Shown here piece by piece: positions 48,819-60,832 of a stretch of 64,000 bases of DNA. This stretch comes from Blepharisma stoltei ATCC 30299 (Eukaryota > Protista > Ciliophora), in contig CBFDEM010000033.1 in NCBI GenBank assembly GCA_965603825.1, positions 719,601-783,600 on the forward strand. Reading direction: 5' to 3'. The notes below the pieces were generated by a model. The model was not told the DNA's origin, made no database searches, and saw only the letters and a program-made list of their open reading frames with translations. The position numbers were made by a program, and so were the translations under genes. Position 1 is the stretch's first letter. The number at the start of each line of letters is the position of its first letter.

Positions 48819-49238
48819 TTATTGTGCTTCTTCACCTTCTTCCGCTTCTTGCTCTTCCCCTTCCTCTGCTTCTTGCTCTTGCTCTTTCTCCGCCTCTGCA
48901 TCTGTCTCTTCTTCATATTCTTCGAGTTGATATTCTTCATGAATTTCTTTATAGTCTTCGATGTCGTCAAGAAAATCGATTGCTAGATCAATGAGGTCAT
49001 CTATTATATAATCATCTTCATCCCATTCAAAATCATAGTCCTCATCCCAGTCATCATGAATTGGTAACTCACTAAAAAAAGAGCTCGGGGTAGCTTTTTC
49101 TTCAGTGCTTTCAGTATAATTTTGAGCTAAAAATAAAAGCATTGATTTTGTGTTTACTTCTTGTTTTAAAGTATCATGCTTAAATGCAGAGGAAATAATG
49201 AAAATAAGAGCTAAGCTTAAAATAATCTTGAGTGTCAT
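48819..49238 (-). CDS. Secreted acidic protein, family member C (139 aa; possibly extends to 48786)
   Basis: Signal MTLKIILSLALIFIISSA, LLFLAQ motif, D/E-rich body. Confidence 0.8.
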   Translation of the reverse strand: MTLKIILSLALIFIISSAFKHDTLKQEVNTKSMLLFLAQNYTESTEEKATPSSFFSELPIHDDWDEDYDFEWDEDDYIIDDLIDLAIDFLDDIEDYKEIHEEYQLEEYEEETDAEAEKEQEQEAEEGEEQEAEEGEEAQ

Positions 49239-49243
49239 TATTA

Positions 49244-49259
49244 TATTGGAAAACGGATA
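49244..49259 (-). promoter_or_regulatory. Element TATCCGTTTTCCAATA, copy 3 (15/16 match)
   Basis: 5 nt upstream of ATG 49238. Confidence 0.7.
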
Positions 49260-49377
49260 GCATTAGGTAAATTGTGCAGTCTTTTAATTATTAATAAAAC
49301 AAAGATTTCCAATTGGCATAATAGTTTGCTTTAATTAAGATAAGCTAGAAATAAATTAATGCCACTAAACTGATAAA

Positions 49378-52300
49378 TTAAGGATTAACGCTTTCTGGCT
49401 CAGTGTCATGCTCGCAATCACTTTGAAAATCAATTAAATCTCCCCATCCTCCACTGCCAGAAAAAAGCTCATTGTTCATTTTATATGAATCAATAAAGAA
49501 ATCCTCTTCATCAGCACTTTGGTTTGTTTTACTATCTTTTGGCGTAGGCGCTGGCTCTTCGTGCTCTTCAGGCTCCACAGACTTGTGCCGCTTGGTCTTT
49601 TTATTGAGGAGATGGCTCGTCGCTATAATTTGCGGCAAAGAAACTTGAGCTTTGCTGATTTTTGCTTGTGATGACAAATCATCAAAGTTTTGGATGATTG
49701 TTGAAGGGAATTTTTTCGCTCTGATTTTTTTCCTTTTAATTGGCTGCTCAACTTTCTCAGCAACTTCTTCTTCAGCGCTTAGAACTGGAGGCTGAGGAGG
49801 AGGCGAGTTTTCTTCTTTAGTCTCCACTAGCTCGACCTTAGTAGAAACAAATTGCGGCGAATTGTATCTTTGGAATATTTCGAAGCGCCTTAAGGCAGCA
49901 GGAAGACTGTCTTTACTGGATCTTAAATTCCAGCATAATCTTGCTTTTTTATAGTCAACAGTTACTCTGAGGATTAAAAAGCAGAGCCCGCCAAATAGCG
50001 CAAGTAGGAAAAAGAGGCATTCCTTCGCTAAATGTCTTACTTTTAACGACAAAATAAAGTTATATTCTAACCCTTCTGGAATTTTTGCTTCAATTGGAAT
50101 CGTAAATATATCGTTTGCTGTCACGATCCACAAAGGCAATAGCGTAGAAATTTCATTAAAAGAAGGGGTATAGCCAATTTCTATATCAATGAATTCATTT
50201 GCGTCTAAAATAAAATTCCCTTCACAATTTCTAATTTCAATCCCGCTTGATTTGCAAGCTTGGCCTGCCAAGAGTATTTCAGAAATTTCCACAGGATAGT
50301 TCCCATAATTTCTCAGCTCAAAAGTCCTTATAAAATATAACTCTTCTTGAGGGTTATAATTGGTCTTCGTATTATAAATTTCATCTAAACTTATATCAAT
50401 GGCCAATAGAGACAACTCTTTTTTGACTCCATTTTTACCATTCAGAAATTTCTTTTCAGAGTTTTTTTTAGTAAATGCAAGCTTTGGACCGATTGCTTCA
50501 GCATAAATTTCAACTTCCTCAAATAAAGTATAGTTGTTTCTCAGCAGCAGTGATGTATTATAGCTGCCTAAAGTGGAAGGCTGGAAGTAAACAGGACCCA
50601 GAATTTTGGAACTGTGAGGAGAAATCATCGTAACTGCTTTGCTTGCTGTGAAAAAGGAATATTTCTGCCTATATTCTTCCTCTTTGTTTACGCCACACCA
50701 ACAGCTGTCTTCTCCGCAAGGGTATCATGGGACTGAAGATAAAGACTTAGGCTTGAGATATTCTGAGCTTTTTGAGTGGAAACCTAACAAATATTTTAAC
50801 TTTCCAAACAAGCTTCAGTCCTTTACTCGTTTAGGGATAGGCAAAGGCCTAACTTCGTTGGCTTCTTTAATTGATGGAATTTCTTCTTGATAGTTTAGGG
50901 CGCATTCTTTATAATGCTTGCTTTCTAATTTTTGCAAATCAATGTTTTCGAATTCATCGTCAAGCATCTCAATGCTTTTCTGGTGCTTCGCGCACTCATA
51001 TTTCTTCAGCTCGCCCATCTTGGAATCAGGGGCTATTAGAAGCTGCACTTGCAGAGGAAAATCTGTAGGGTTCTGGGCCTTGATATATATCGGAAGCTTT
51101 GTATTGAGCTCTGCTGTGTATTTTTTGGTCACTCCTGATATTGGCAGGCTTGGCTTCCCAAAAGTTACATGGATAGCAGCGACTATTTCTCCAATGATAT
51201 CGCACTTGACCTTAATTGTCCCAAGCATTTCTCCATCTTTCCAGGCTTTTCTTTTCTCATTTCATATTCTAGCATACCCATAAGTCGGCCATTTAGTAAA
51301 ATCGTGAACTATGCTTTCATCTTTGTTAAATGGTGGGGTGAATTTTAACTTACCAATGCTCAATTCTTTTCCGCTGGGGATTGATCTTTTATTGATTTCG
51401 GCTTCCATAAATGATAAGTCAGTCTCTACTGAAAAAATTTTCAAATCTATTGGAAATAAATTAGAAATTGTTATTTTCTTTTGCGCTAAAATGCCTGGGA
51501 AAATTTCAGAGAAATGAATAGGTAGGAGTGCGGCAGAGCCTGAAACTGGGGTATAAGATATCGGTAAGTTAATTTTTCCAGTTGAGGTTGTAAACTCGAG
51601 AGGCCCATGGACTGTTGGGAGAATAGAAACAGTCAGTTCAAAATAGGCAGTTGAGCCAGATTTTAGAGTAAATAGATAGGTCGATTGGGAGTATTCTGGG
51701 AATATGATATTGTGATTCAGAATTTGGCCGCTAAAGGTTAGAATATGTGATAATTTTAAATTGCAATAATGAAGATTTTGGATTGATTTAACTGCAATAT
51801 CAAAATGATTAGGATTTTTCAGTCCAAATTTTTGCGACCTGGTTTGGCCTATTAAAGCTGGGCCAAATTCCAAAGGTCCCTCAAGAATATTTTCATATAA
51901 ATTTTCAATATATAAGAAATTCAGCTTGCCATCGTCAACAATAATTTTGATAGGAATCGTGCCTATATTTGTAACCAGTCTCATATAGCTTGTCTGTGGC
52001 TTTTTAAAATCCGCACTTATTTTAATAACATTCATTAATTGTTGAGGCTTAAGTCAAATTTCTTTAAATTCAGTAATTATTACTTCATCTGGAGGTACTA
52101 CTCTTTGCAGCAGAATTGGCTTATTCAATGTATTTTCCAAACTAATCACCCTTTCTAAATTTACACCAGACTGAAATATCATATCAAGGGGATTATAAGA
52201 AATAAGATCATAATAAACAATAGCCATATATTCAAGTATATAATCTGTAGAAGTCGAATTAGTTTTCACTTTAATTTTCCCCATCGAAACACCTTCTTCT

Positions 52301-53349
52301 CTAGGAGTAAAAGTAAAAGATCCAATATTCACACCATAGGTATTTGGAGCAATTATCTTATTATTCACCTTCGCAGATAAAAAATCAACCTTTGGAGGAG
52401 TCAAAATATCAAGAATTTCTACTACAGAATCACCTGAATTCGATCCAATTAAAGGAATCCTGTAAGGAAGATCCTTTTCAGTCAAAATTCCAAAAGATAA
52501 AATCCTAGGTGGGAAATTTAACCCTCTCTTAAAAAAATGCACATTTATCGGAACCTTTAGTTGCTTATTGCTTAAGCTGATCAGCAAAAAACTTTCATAA
52601 ATTCCTTCTTGCTTATAGAGACTAATTATAGTCGCCAATAAAATCCATTCTTTCGGGAAAATCAGCCCAAGACTTCCATATAAGTCATATTTTTGCTCAA
52701 GAACGATGCTAGAGTCCTCACTCATAACACTTTCCACTCTAATTGGATAATTGTGAGGGTTATAAATATAAAAATCATTTTCAGCATACTCTTCTGACGA
52801 TTCAATAGCGATCTCGTTAGCAAAATACTCATTTTGCAGTGAGTTGCCTTGGACAGGATATATAACTGGCCTGAAATTAGTATTAAAAATCATTAGAGTG
52901 TTGTGAGTTCCTAGTGTGATGGGCAGGTAGATGATCTGGATTGTCATTGAGCACCCAGGAAGTAAAGGCTTCTTGGGGAATGAAGAGATCTGGAAGTGGG
53001 TTGGCTCCATGACAAATTGATGCAGAAGCTCAACTTGCTCAGTTTTTGAGTTGTTGATCACTTCTACAGAAAGCACTTTCATCGAGTAAAGCTGGGTAGA
53101 CCCGAAATCTAAGATTTTAGGGCTGAAGTCTAAGAAGCTGGTTTCACTATAAAAAGATAAAATCTGGTTATCATTTCGTGTTAGTTGCTGATCAATCGCA
53201 CTCATGGCAATTTGTCTACCACGAACTTCACTTGCATCTGCAGGGATCTTGATAGAGATTTTGTAGGGGGAAATTCCTGATACATCGAATATAGCTTCTG
53301 AATTTATCCGATATATTAGAAAAATAAAGATAGAGAAAAGCACCATCAT
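49378..53349 (-). CDS. TMEM131: TMEM131-like protein, ~1323 aa
   Basis: Four pieces joined by TGA=Trp at 52054, 51262, 50815 and 50725. Motifs FSPKILDFG, SSF..LLPG..YLP..G, YNPH, LRNNYT, FELRNYGNYP..C...G..IRNC..YTPSF; one TM helix and a disordered tail. Confidence 0.82.
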
Positions 53350-53630
53350 AATATTAAGTTGAAATAAAATTATGAAATTTAATTATGAATTACGCCATAT
53401 CAGAAAGTCGGCCTCTTATTTTGATGAGCAAGCAAAAAAATGAAATTGGCATTATTGATTCTTTGGAATACAGTGAAATAGCTATTATATAATTGAAAGG
53501 ATCTCGGTGAGAAAAGTAATGGAATTGCAGCTTCTGTGAGATAATGTTGGATGCTTGCTGAGATTTATTAATTTGTAGACTCTTTCTTCTTAAGGAGCAA
53601 AAAAATTTTGCTAGTTAATTTATCGAGATT

Positions 53631-54329
53631 TTAAAAGTTTATATTATTTTCTCCTTTAGAGGACCAATATTTTCCAAATTCTTCTTCTTTTTTCTTCTTT
53701 CAACTCCAATTATTTCCATCTAAAAAATTCTTTCAATACTTCACATTTTCTGCTTTTTTCTTCAAATTCAATTCTACTTCATTTAAGACTTGATATCTTC
53801 GTCCTAAACTCCTTTCATAATTTTCTACCCCAATATTATGTATATCCAAAATCTTGTTGCATTCATACCTTTTTTTTCTTCAATTTTTCTTTCTCCATGA
53901 CTTGCATGCAAATTCCATTTTATTTCATCCCTTCCCTTTTCGCGGGCAAATTTTTTTGCTTGTAATCGACTCAACGCCTAAATTCCAACACTTAGCATTT
54001 TCTAGGGAATCACCTCCTTCAGAATCCTTACTCTCTTGTGTACCTTGGCCTTCAGCTTCATCTTCAGCATTCCCAACCTCAGTGTTGTCCTTGATTCCAC
54101 TCTCATCACTTGAGGTTTGAATTATTTCCACAGGATGAGTGCCTGTTGTTGCATAAAGCGGCGTAGTTGTCTCACTATCAAGCACTTCTTCAGTTTGGTT
54201 CCAAGCCCATGATACAAATCTTCCTCATATTTCATCTTCATCTTCTTCATCATAATCATCATGGTCATCGTAGTTGCTTCAGTAATCATCCTCAGATTCA
54301 TAGTCAGAAAAGAACTCTTCTGGTGGCAT
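53631..54329 (-). CDS. Hypothetical protein with acidic N-terminus and basic Trp-rich C-terminus, ~232 aa, with six TGA codons
   Basis: With TGA=Trp the frame is open from ~54463 to TAA 53631; first ATG at 54329 (MPPEEFFSDYESEDDY..). Start uncertain. Confidence 0.65.
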
Positions 54330-54485
54330 CAAGTATCCTTCTGCATTGAGAACAATATCTGTACTATTTAGCCACTTTCTTAAAGAAATAACATTTTGAA
54401 TTTTATAATATGATCTTTCAAGCTCTAATACTTTTTCAATATTATGCCAAGTAAATATTACATATTAATTAAAATTATTACAATG

Positions 54486-56081
54486 TTATTCATGTACAAA
54501 AGACCACCCTTGCAAATGGTTACTATTTTCGTTAGTTTCAGTTTCTTCTTCAAAATCAATATTAAGTCCATTAGTCGCATCATTCTTCATGACAGGCTTT
54601 GGCGGCCTTAAATTTTTTTTCAAGACCATATCCCAATCAACCCCATAAAAATATTCATGGTTCTTTATTTCTTCGGCATCCCCTATAAATCCCAATCTTT
54701 TCTCAAAATTTTTTTGAAGTAAGCCAATTAACAAATTTTTTGTTGTCTGGTTCAGATGCGAAGGAACAATTAATGGAGCTTTTTGAATATTAGATAACAG
54801 TTGTTTTTTATTGTTAGAAAAATAAGGTGGAACGCCTATAAGCATTTCATATAATAAAACTCCTAATAAATACCAATCAACTGCTTTCCCATGACCTTTT
54901 TGTCTCAAGATTTCTGGGGCGAGATATGCAATTGAGCCACAAAACGAATTGGCAGCTTGTGAGGTTTGAATTCCTTCTTTTGAAAGTCCAAAATCAGTTA
55001 ATAAAGCATGGCCTTCTTGATCTAAAACAACGTTTTCTGGTTTCAAATCTCTAAAAATAATGTTTCTCTTATGCAACTCTTCTATTGCAGTTAAAATCTC
55101 ACAAACGTAAATTTTGGCTCTTTCTTCGCTAAACACTTTTTCTTTGTTAAGAAGGCGTCCCAAGTCTCCACCAGGGCAGTAGTCAAGCACTAGAAATAAC
55201 TTGCTTGCAGTTTGAAAAGCATAATTTAAACCTACAATAAAAGGGTGCTTTATGTAAGTAAGGACATTTCTTTCTGTCATCACATATCTGATCAAATTTT
55301 GAGTGATAACTTTCTGCTTTTTTAGAACTTTCATTGCATAAAATTTGCAAGTGCTTTTCATTTGAACCAAAAACACCTCTCCAAAACTACCTTTGCCAAG
55401 CTGCTCTAGAACTAAAAAATCCGATGGTGATAATTTCGAGTCAAAAACAAATTCTGGTACTTCGTCTGAATCGCAGGAAGGCTGACTGGGTATAGCTGAA
55501 ATTAATTCAATATTTTTCAATGAGTTCCGGCTCTTTATAAAATTGTCAGAGCCAAGTGAAGGCCTCATAAGCTTAAAAACCAACAATTTTATGTTTTTTT
55601 TTTTGCTCATTTCTGTTGGAATTTTTCCTTCTTTATTTTTAACTTCTGTATTGGGATTTTTAAGAAATATTCAATTGATAAATTCTGTGTTGCCTATCAA
55701 GATTACATAGTGAAGGGGAGTGTTTCCATAGATATCAGAAATATTCAATAAGGCACCAGAGCGAGTTAAAAGCTGGGCAATGGATAAATGAGAATAAAGG
55801 CAGGCAATATGCAAAGGGGTTCTTTCATGATCGTCTCTAGCATTTATGTCTATATTGGTACCGTAATCAAGCAAAGTTTCACAGCATTCTAAATTTCCTT
55901 TTAAAGCGGCAACATGCAATGGTGTTAGGCCATTGATTTCTGCTACTGTCGAATTTGTGGGAATATTACGATATTGATCCAAAATTAGTTTAAGTAGTTC
56001 GGGATCATTTCTGTCTAAAGCATCAAATAAAGCTCGGCCAAATTCATATTTTTGAAGCTGGATACTATATTGATTATTCAT
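54486..56081 (-). CDS. Ankyrin-repeat plus AGC-family Ser/Thr kinase, 531 aa
   Basis: TPLH x3 ankyrin repeats; TGA=Trp at 55671 links them to GKGSFG, YAMK, FRDLKPEN, DFG, SFCGSIAYLAPE and a C-terminal GWSF hydrophobic motif. Confidence 0.9.
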
Positions 56082-56458
56082 TTAATTTATAATTATATTA
56101 TTATATAATCTGCTTGGTAAACGGGTTTTGGGAAAGATTTTTTTCAGAGAAATTGCTTGTATATTTAGAAAAAAAGTGTTTGAAAAGCATTTTAAATTCA
56201 TCATACAGAAATTTTCTACAGCGTGAACTACCCTACTATTAGATCCATAATTAAATACAAAATTACTAATAATGCTATTATTCAAATCTCATAAGATGGT
56301 ATTTTAATATTGAATGAACTAGTATTATGAACTAATATAAATAATAAAATATAAAAAACAATTATAATTAAGCAACATTTAAGATATTTTTAAAATATTT
56401 GGAAAGAATTTTTGTATCCCTTACCTTATTATTAAAATGCCAATTATTAATTTTTAAC

Positions 56459-57940
56459 TTAATTTCGAATGGTTGTCTTATTTTTAATATATGAACGATA
56501 AATTCTTTGAATAAATATGATGGCTTCTCTGATTTCAATATATAATTTCTTGCACTGATATTTCCTCAAATTTTTTTGAATTATAATAGAAGCTCTTCTC
56601 ATCAAGTTGAGAGCCTTTCTTTCTTCATAGCCTCTAATTGCAGCTTGAGCATATGCAATATTTAAATTCCTTTCTGCAATTAACTCTTGATAGTTTTTAT
56701 TATTAAACCCAGTTCCTTTTTTATTTGTATTTTGATTTAACTTATTTAAAATATTGATAGGTTCTGTATTACTTATTTCAAGTCGTTTTCTGTACAAATT
56801 TTTTCTTTTTCTCATCTTAAGATAGTTTCTGTAAAATCTCTGAATTTTTATGGCAGCCAATTCTTTAGCATCTTTTTTCAGAAATTTGTCTTTCTTTCTA
56901 ATGCTTCTTCCTGTTAGTCTTTTTTCCTCAGTTAAATTTTGGCCAAAAATCAAACGTTTTTTCTTATGAATGCTATTTTTATTTTCTGGTCTAGTCGTTT
57001 TGCTATTCCTTTTATGTTGAATCTTTAAATTAGGGTTAAAAAACATCGGCTGCAACCTCTCTCCAGTTAAAAACCTTTGATATTTATGTGTTTTTGGTGA
57101 GCTTCCATCCTTAATACTTTTTGCTTCATAATTTCAAGCAGAATTTTCAGTTTTTCCAAGAATTTTCGGAAACTCTATTTCAATTTTTTGTTTTAAATAG
57201 CAAAGATTTGGTGACATCGCATTCGGCAAATCTCTATACTGACTCATAGGTGGTAATGAAGAATTTATATTTCTGCGAGGTGTTTCTGATTTTACATTTT
57301 GTCCAAAACTTGATTTTGTTCTTAACTTTGGCTTATTAATTGCATGATTTTTGCATCTATTACTCACATCATCAAGGTTTTTCTTCATTGCCAAAGAAAG
57401 ATCGTTATTGATTCCTAGCTTTTCAATTGAGACTTGATAGGCCATTTTAAAATACTCCAAGCTTTCAGAAAACCTTTTTAAGTATTCCAGCTCAGCTCCT
57501 ATGTTATAGAAAGCAATAATTTGAGTATTTATCAAATTAATATTAAGAGTTGATTCAGAATCTAAGATTTCTATTGCCTTTAGACCTTCTTCTAAAGCTT
57601 TTTCATGGCTTTCTAATTCACTATAAATAACACATAAATTTAAATGCGTTCCTGCTAAGTTGGCAGGATTTGCATCGATTTTTTCGTAGTTTATAGCTTG
57701 TGAAATGTATTTTAATGCGAGCTCTGGATGTTTGCATTTTTTGTAATAGCAGCCAAGATTATTTAAGGTAATTCCGATCAATTTTATGCTTCTCAGTCTT
57801 TGAGATTGTGATGAAAGTAATGCTTCTGCTTCTTTTAAGTAATATAGAGATTCTGAAAATTTATTTTCTCTTAAAAGTTCCATTCCGATTTTATTGTAGT
57901 TGAGCAATTGCAATTCCAAAGAATTTAGCTTATCTTCCAT
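56459..57940 (-). CDS. TPR-repeat plus IQ-motif protein, 493 aa
   Basis: ITLNNLGCYY, THLNLCVIYS and AFYNIGAE TPRs; IQRFYR, IQKNLR and IQRIYR IQ motifs; joined by TGA=Trp at 57134. Confidence 0.85.
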
Positions 57941-58237
57941 TTAATTACAATAAGAAATTATTTGCAATCCATTACATTTATTTATTTGGCTCTTTTCTCT
58001 ATTAGCGCTGTTTCTGCTTATCGTTCTTACTTTTTTGCTAATAAATTTTGGCATTACTAAGTGCTCTTATAAAAGCTTACATTTGATTATAAGTAAGGGT
58101 TCAGAAACTACTTGCATTTTTACCATCTGGATCATTTCTCATTTTAGCCCCCATTTCAACACCATTTCCAAAATATAAATCGGCAGATGATGTTTTAAAA
58201 TAATCTTATTAAAGCATGAAGAAAATTTATTATATAT

Positions 58238-60523
58238 TTATCTATCAAGTTTCCATATCTTAACTGTCCGGTCTTTGCTTGAGGATATTATAAGTTTCCC
58301 ATTCATCGAACAGTCTAGAGAAGCAACAAGTCCCTTATGAGCATCTACGCTTTGAACTGATTTTTGGATGTAAAAATTAAATACTAATATTTTCCCTTCC
58401 CCATCACCTAAAATAAGATTTCCATCAGGCGTCCACACAATTGAGCTTATCAAGTTTCCTACATTAAACTGCTTTGTAACCTTAATTTCCTGATAACTAT
58501 GATTAAAATCCCCTAAATATCAAATCTTAACGTTTTTATCTAGATCGCAAGAAGCTAGAAGTTTTCCACATATTGATATACTTATTAAATCAACTTCGTG
58601 GCGATGATCAGTTAGCTCACTCAATATTTCAAGACTATTAACATTTAAAATGCTAATTGATTTATCAGAACTGCCAGTTATAAGAAAATCTCCACATCGG
58701 GATCAATGGGACATAGAGACTTTTTTGCAATGGTGACTTCAAGTTCTAGGTATCTGACAATTATCAATATTTCATATATTTATTAAATTTGGGAATCCAC
58801 AAGCAAGGAGATTTTTACCGTCAGAAGAAAACTCAATCCAGCTAGATAGCAAATTAGTATGAATAATTTTTAAAGGAATCCCATTGTAAATGTCTCAAAT
58901 TTTAATCATAAGATCTCTACTAGAAGAAGCCAAAACATCCCTTGATCATGAAATGCATAAAATATCCTTATTATGAGCCTGAAACTCTTTATATAGCTTT
59001 TTGTTTTCTGTTAAGAATATAAAAATTCACCCTTCTTCGTCAGCAGCAGCAAAATATTGGCAATCATAAGAAAAAGAAGCCATTGTCATTCCCTTTCTTG
59101 CAATGTATTTCTTGCTTATTTCGATATCTAATGGGATTTTTCAAGATTGTAAATTTCTATCTGAGGTTATAGCAACTATATTCTTTCCGTTGGAATGAAA
59201 ATTAATGTATTTAACAATAGAGGTTTTATTACAAAATATTTTGTATATTTTTTCTTTTAATTTCAAATCAAAAACTTCTATTGCTTTTTTTTGTAAAGAT
59301 AAAGCGATATATCTCCCGCAAGGAGAAAACGCCAAAAGATCAAATTGATAATGATTTGTTTCAAAAGAAATCAATATTTCTAGTTTTTCTGTGCTATAAA
59401 CGAATAATTTACTATTGCCGTAATGAAAAGCAATGTATTTTCGATTATAAGATATCACAATCGGGTTTTGGTATTGGCAAACTATTTGATTTATCATTCT
59501 TTTGGAAGATAAATTCAATACAGTAAGAGAATTACCGCTACTTAAAACTACTAGATTTTTTCCTGAATAGGAAAAAATTACGAAATTTATCCAAAATTGA
59601 AATGAAATACTACTGATCTCACATATTATATTTCTTGTGTTTATGCTATAAACCTTTATTGCTTTATTATTGAAATCAATACAAGCACAAGCAAAGCATA
59701 AAAAATTATTGCAACGCGAAAAGCCAGAAGAGCCAATTAATCTTACAAATTCGCCAATTTTAAGACTCGATGATATGTCCCATAAAATCGCATTCATTTC
59801 ACTATTTCGAGACAACAAATAATTTCCATTATCAGAAAATAATAATGATCTTATAGGAAAATCTTCAATTAGCTGTTTGAATTTTTGGTATGTTTTCGAA
59901 TTATAGAGATAAATTGTTTTATCCTCAGCCACTGCAAGAAATCTTCCACAAGGTGAAAAGATTAAAGCTTCAACATTTATGATAAAATTTGACATAAGAA
60001 CTTTCTCTCCAAACTTTACTTTAGCCATATTGCTGTTTTTGAAATTTGATCCATATATGTGGGCATTACAGAAATTCACTCCTGAGAGATTACATGATTC
60101 GAAATTTGTGTCAATAAACATCCCATAAGACAAATCAGCGTTTGGAATCTTTAGATTGCTCAAGTTTTTATTTATAAATAAAAATCCAGCTTTATTTAGA
60201 AGCATGATTGCGTTGATCGCTGCTAAAATAATTGAGTCTGCAGTTCTTGATAACAAAACAATGCTGTATAAAATTTCTTTTAAGCTTTCATTTAGAAAAT
60301 CTTTGATAGGTCCACTAAGCCATGGTGAAGCTTTGAGATCAATTTTATTGAGGTAGCTTTCTTTTATCAAATTAAGATCTTTGCAATTAGACAAATTTGA
60401 TATGAATTTCCTTGCTATAATAAGGTTTATAAGTTTCTTTGTAAAAATCTGCTTCTGTCCAATTCTAAACTTCTTGATTACAGAAAATTTGCAGCTCATA
60501 GAATTTTCATAAAAAAGATTCAT
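58238..60523 (-). CDS. Pentapeptide-repeat plus WD40-repeat protein (C-terminal part of the NACHT-WD40 family; NACHT absent), ~761 aa
   Basis: AAINAIMLL..F..KNLSNLKIPNADLSYG.F pentapeptide block, then many WD40 repeats. Eight TGA=Trp (59141, 59027, 58946, 58895, 58772, 58739, 58703, 58520), several at WD positions (KI-W-D, KI-W-Y). Start uncertain; the frame is open to 60628. Confidence 0.8.
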
Positions 60524-60832
60524 CCCCTTTTCTTTAATGTTTAAGCTTTCATTTCTATTTTGATTATCCAAAGTCCAGTTGTTAGGTTGATTATAATTTT
60601 TTTTAAAAGTCGTTAAGGAATCTGTCAACTAAGCATATCAATAATCTTAGATAAATTTAAAGATTAAAGTTAAGAACAGTTTTTTTATCTATTTATGTAA
60701 AATAAAAGCCTATTAATATAATTAAGCTGATTGGTTAATTATTCTTTCTAAAAGAGATATACTATATTATAAAAGAATAGAGGGGCTTATAATTATATTT
60801 TTATAAGCATTTTTATTATAAAGTAATTAAAA

